A stretch of DNA of 63,927 bases, counting the filler, from Ionaspis alba (Eukaryota), in the NCBI GenBank assembly GCA_964255285.1. It is 3 parts of 3 records of this genome, joined end to end, with 100 filler letters (N's around TTAATTAATTAA, not from the genome) between each part and the next. Parts side by side here need not be neighbours in the genome. Positions count along the whole stretch, not along the records: positions 45,571 to 63,927 come from CAXUUL010000291.1; 2 more parts are not named here. One strand, written 5' to 3'. Position 1 is the first letter of the stretch. Every line of letters begins with the position of its first letter. The translations under genes and the position numbers were made by a program. Of the stretch, positions 61,856 to 63,927 are shown piece by piece. Below the pieces are notes generated by a model. That model did not search any database, was not told the origin of the DNA, and worked only from the letters and a program-made list of their open reading frames with translations.

Positions 61856-63789
61856 ATGGCAGGTTTAGCACGTCACGTACGCTGATCCAAGCCCAAGTAC
61901 TCTAAGTATTCTTTGAGACAGTCTTGCTAACGTGCCAACCCCAAGGTCGATCCCGATGAGATCATCAAGCTTCTCCAGGAACACCCCCATGAGGCTCACA
62001 AGCGCCACATACACAGTGCCCGCTCCATCAGCCAGAGCACTCCGTACTCTTCTCGCTATGCCTCGCAGCAGGAGATTTCGAAGTTTAGGATCCCGCAACA
62101 AGGGGCACCTGCGGATGCTGTACATCAGATGTTGAAGGATGAGTTGGATCTAGATGGAAGACCTAACCTCAACTTGGCGAGGTACGGTATTCGTTTAGAT
62201 TTGTGAGGCGCGATAGTAGCTAATGTTGTCTCCAGCTTCGTCGGAACTTACATGGAAAGGGAAGCTGATCAATTGATCATGGAGAACATTAGCAAGAACA
62301 TGAGCGATGCCGACGAATACCCAGCCATGCAAGCAATGCATCAACGATGTGTGTCCATCATCTCTCATCTATGGAATGTTCAAAAGGGGGAGACTGCCGT
62401 TGGAACTGCCACGACAGGCAGCTCCGAGGCCATTCACCTCGGTGGCCTTGCGATGAAGCGGCGTTGGCAAGAAAAGCGTCGTGCCGCCAACAAAGATACG
62501 TCGAAGCCTAATATCATCATGGGTGCCAACGCTCAAGTAGCGCTGGAGAAATTCGCCAGGTATTTTGAGGTGGAGGGAAGGATCCTGAATGTTAGTGAGA
62601 AAAGCCACTTTCGACTTGACCCTGAGGAGGTCAAGAAGAACATTGATGAGAACACGATTGGGGTATTTGTGATCCTAGGTAATGAATTTTAGATATGGAT
62701 TTTCTTTGCATTTGCTAACATAATGACAGGGAGTACCTACACTGGCCACTATGAGCCTGTGGAGGAGATCTCCAAGATCTTGGACGCTTACGAGGAGAAA
62801 ACAGGTATTGACATTCCAATTCACGTTGATGCTGCCTCTGGAGGTTTTATTGCACCATTCACCTACGCAAAAGCTGGAGGACCTAAATGGGACTTTTCGC
62901 TACCACGCGTGAAGTCTATTAACGTCTCAGGCCACAAGTTTGGACTCGTGTATGCTGGTGTCGGATGGATTATCTGGAGGGACGAGGCTCTACTTCCCAA
63001 GCACTTGATCTTCGAGCTTCACTACTTGGGAGGCACTGAGGAGTCATATACCCTCAACTTCTCACGTCCTGGTGCTCAAGTCATTGGACAGTACTTTAAT
63101 CTCGTTCATCTGGGCTTTGAAGGCTACCGAGGGATTATGGAGAACTGTATGGTGAATGCTCGACTCCTGAGTAAGGCCTTGGAAGCCTCGTCGTGGTATA
63201 CTTGCGTTAGCGATATTCATAGGCAGGTCGATTGAGCCGGTTTGAAAGCTGCAATGCTGATAGGAAATCGCAGAAAGAAAGGGGAGTTCACCTTCAAGGG
63301 AGTTGATGCACCTGTCTTTGGCAAAGAGGACGAAACCAGTGCAGACTACAATGCCGGACTACCCGTGGTAGCGTTCAGGTTCTCTGATAGCTTCAAGAAG
63401 GACTTTCCCGATGTCAAGCAGCAAAGTGTCAGCACCTTAATGCGTACCAAGCAGTACATCATTCCCAGTAAGTCCTCTCAATTCTTCTAGGACCAAGCAT
63501 CTCAGGTCTGACAAGTCCAGATTACCCTCTCCCGCCGAGCGAAGAGAAGACAGAGATTCTCCGAGTCGTTGTTCGGGAATCAATGTCCTTGGACCTACTC
63601 GACCGTCTAATCTCAGACATCGTTGAAGTCACTCAAACCTTGATGAATACTGATGCTATTGACTTGCAAGCTTACCAGCCAGGTGTGGCGAGCATCGAGA
63701 AGGATCATGGTAGCAAAGGTCATGATCAGAAGAACGCCAAGAAAGCGCAGCGGCCAATGCACGAGGGTGTGCATCGGACTGTGTGCTAG
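61856..63789 (+). CDS. GAD1: Glutamate decarboxylase (PLP-dependent), multi-exon
   Basis: MAGLARH; ELDLDGRPNLNLA|SFVGTYME; ATTGSSEAI; IHVDAASGGF; NVSGHKFG (PLP lysine); TLNFSRPG. Confidence 0.96.
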
Positions 63790-63927
63790 AGATCTGGTAG
63801 TGATCACTTCGCTCCATAGGGGCGACTGGGAAAGCAGGTCCATTTTCGAACAGCTGTACGAGGCTTTGCGGGTAAATGGCACATATAACCAATCAGATCA
63901 GCTATAGAAATCCTGAAGCTGTACTCG

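Noticed and set aside
1..63927. Transposons, CRISPR arrays, rRNA genes
   Set aside because: No transposase or RT motifs, LTR/TIR pairs, spaced direct repeats or rRNA sequence seen

Overview
Genomic DNA of a filamentous ascomycete (Pezizomycotina-type genes, short GT-AG introns with CTRAY branch points). The window is three sequences joined by artificial N44-TTAATTAATTAA-N44 linkers (22740-22839, 45471-45570), with six further 100-N gaps, two of which are false gaps flanked by 55-bp duplicated ends. Most genes are housekeeping: a DUF726 protein, VMA2, a PtaB/Mfg1-like LIM-binding regulator, HbrB, GON7, VAM6, RFC4, a Sld7-like gene, SEC16, NEO1, a PUF protein, SRP101, YIF1, ATP7, EGD2, RPL14 and GAD1, plus tRNA-Gln(CTG). 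There are two accessory-looking patches: F-box / APH-like kinase / GliT-like pseudogene, and sarcosine-oxidase-like / short MetE-like / PTH11-like receptor. The most notable features absent from the ORF track are (1) an intronic snoRNA cluster divergent from RPL14, with an snR87/U16-like RNA and an apparently chimeric U24+snR65-like guide, (2) repeated abrupt C/A-to-G/T skew switches inside genes regardless of gene direction, and (3) a head-to-head pair of an FAD amine oxidase and a catalytic-domain-only methionine-synthase-like enzyme. All family assignments come from motif recognition, not database searches.
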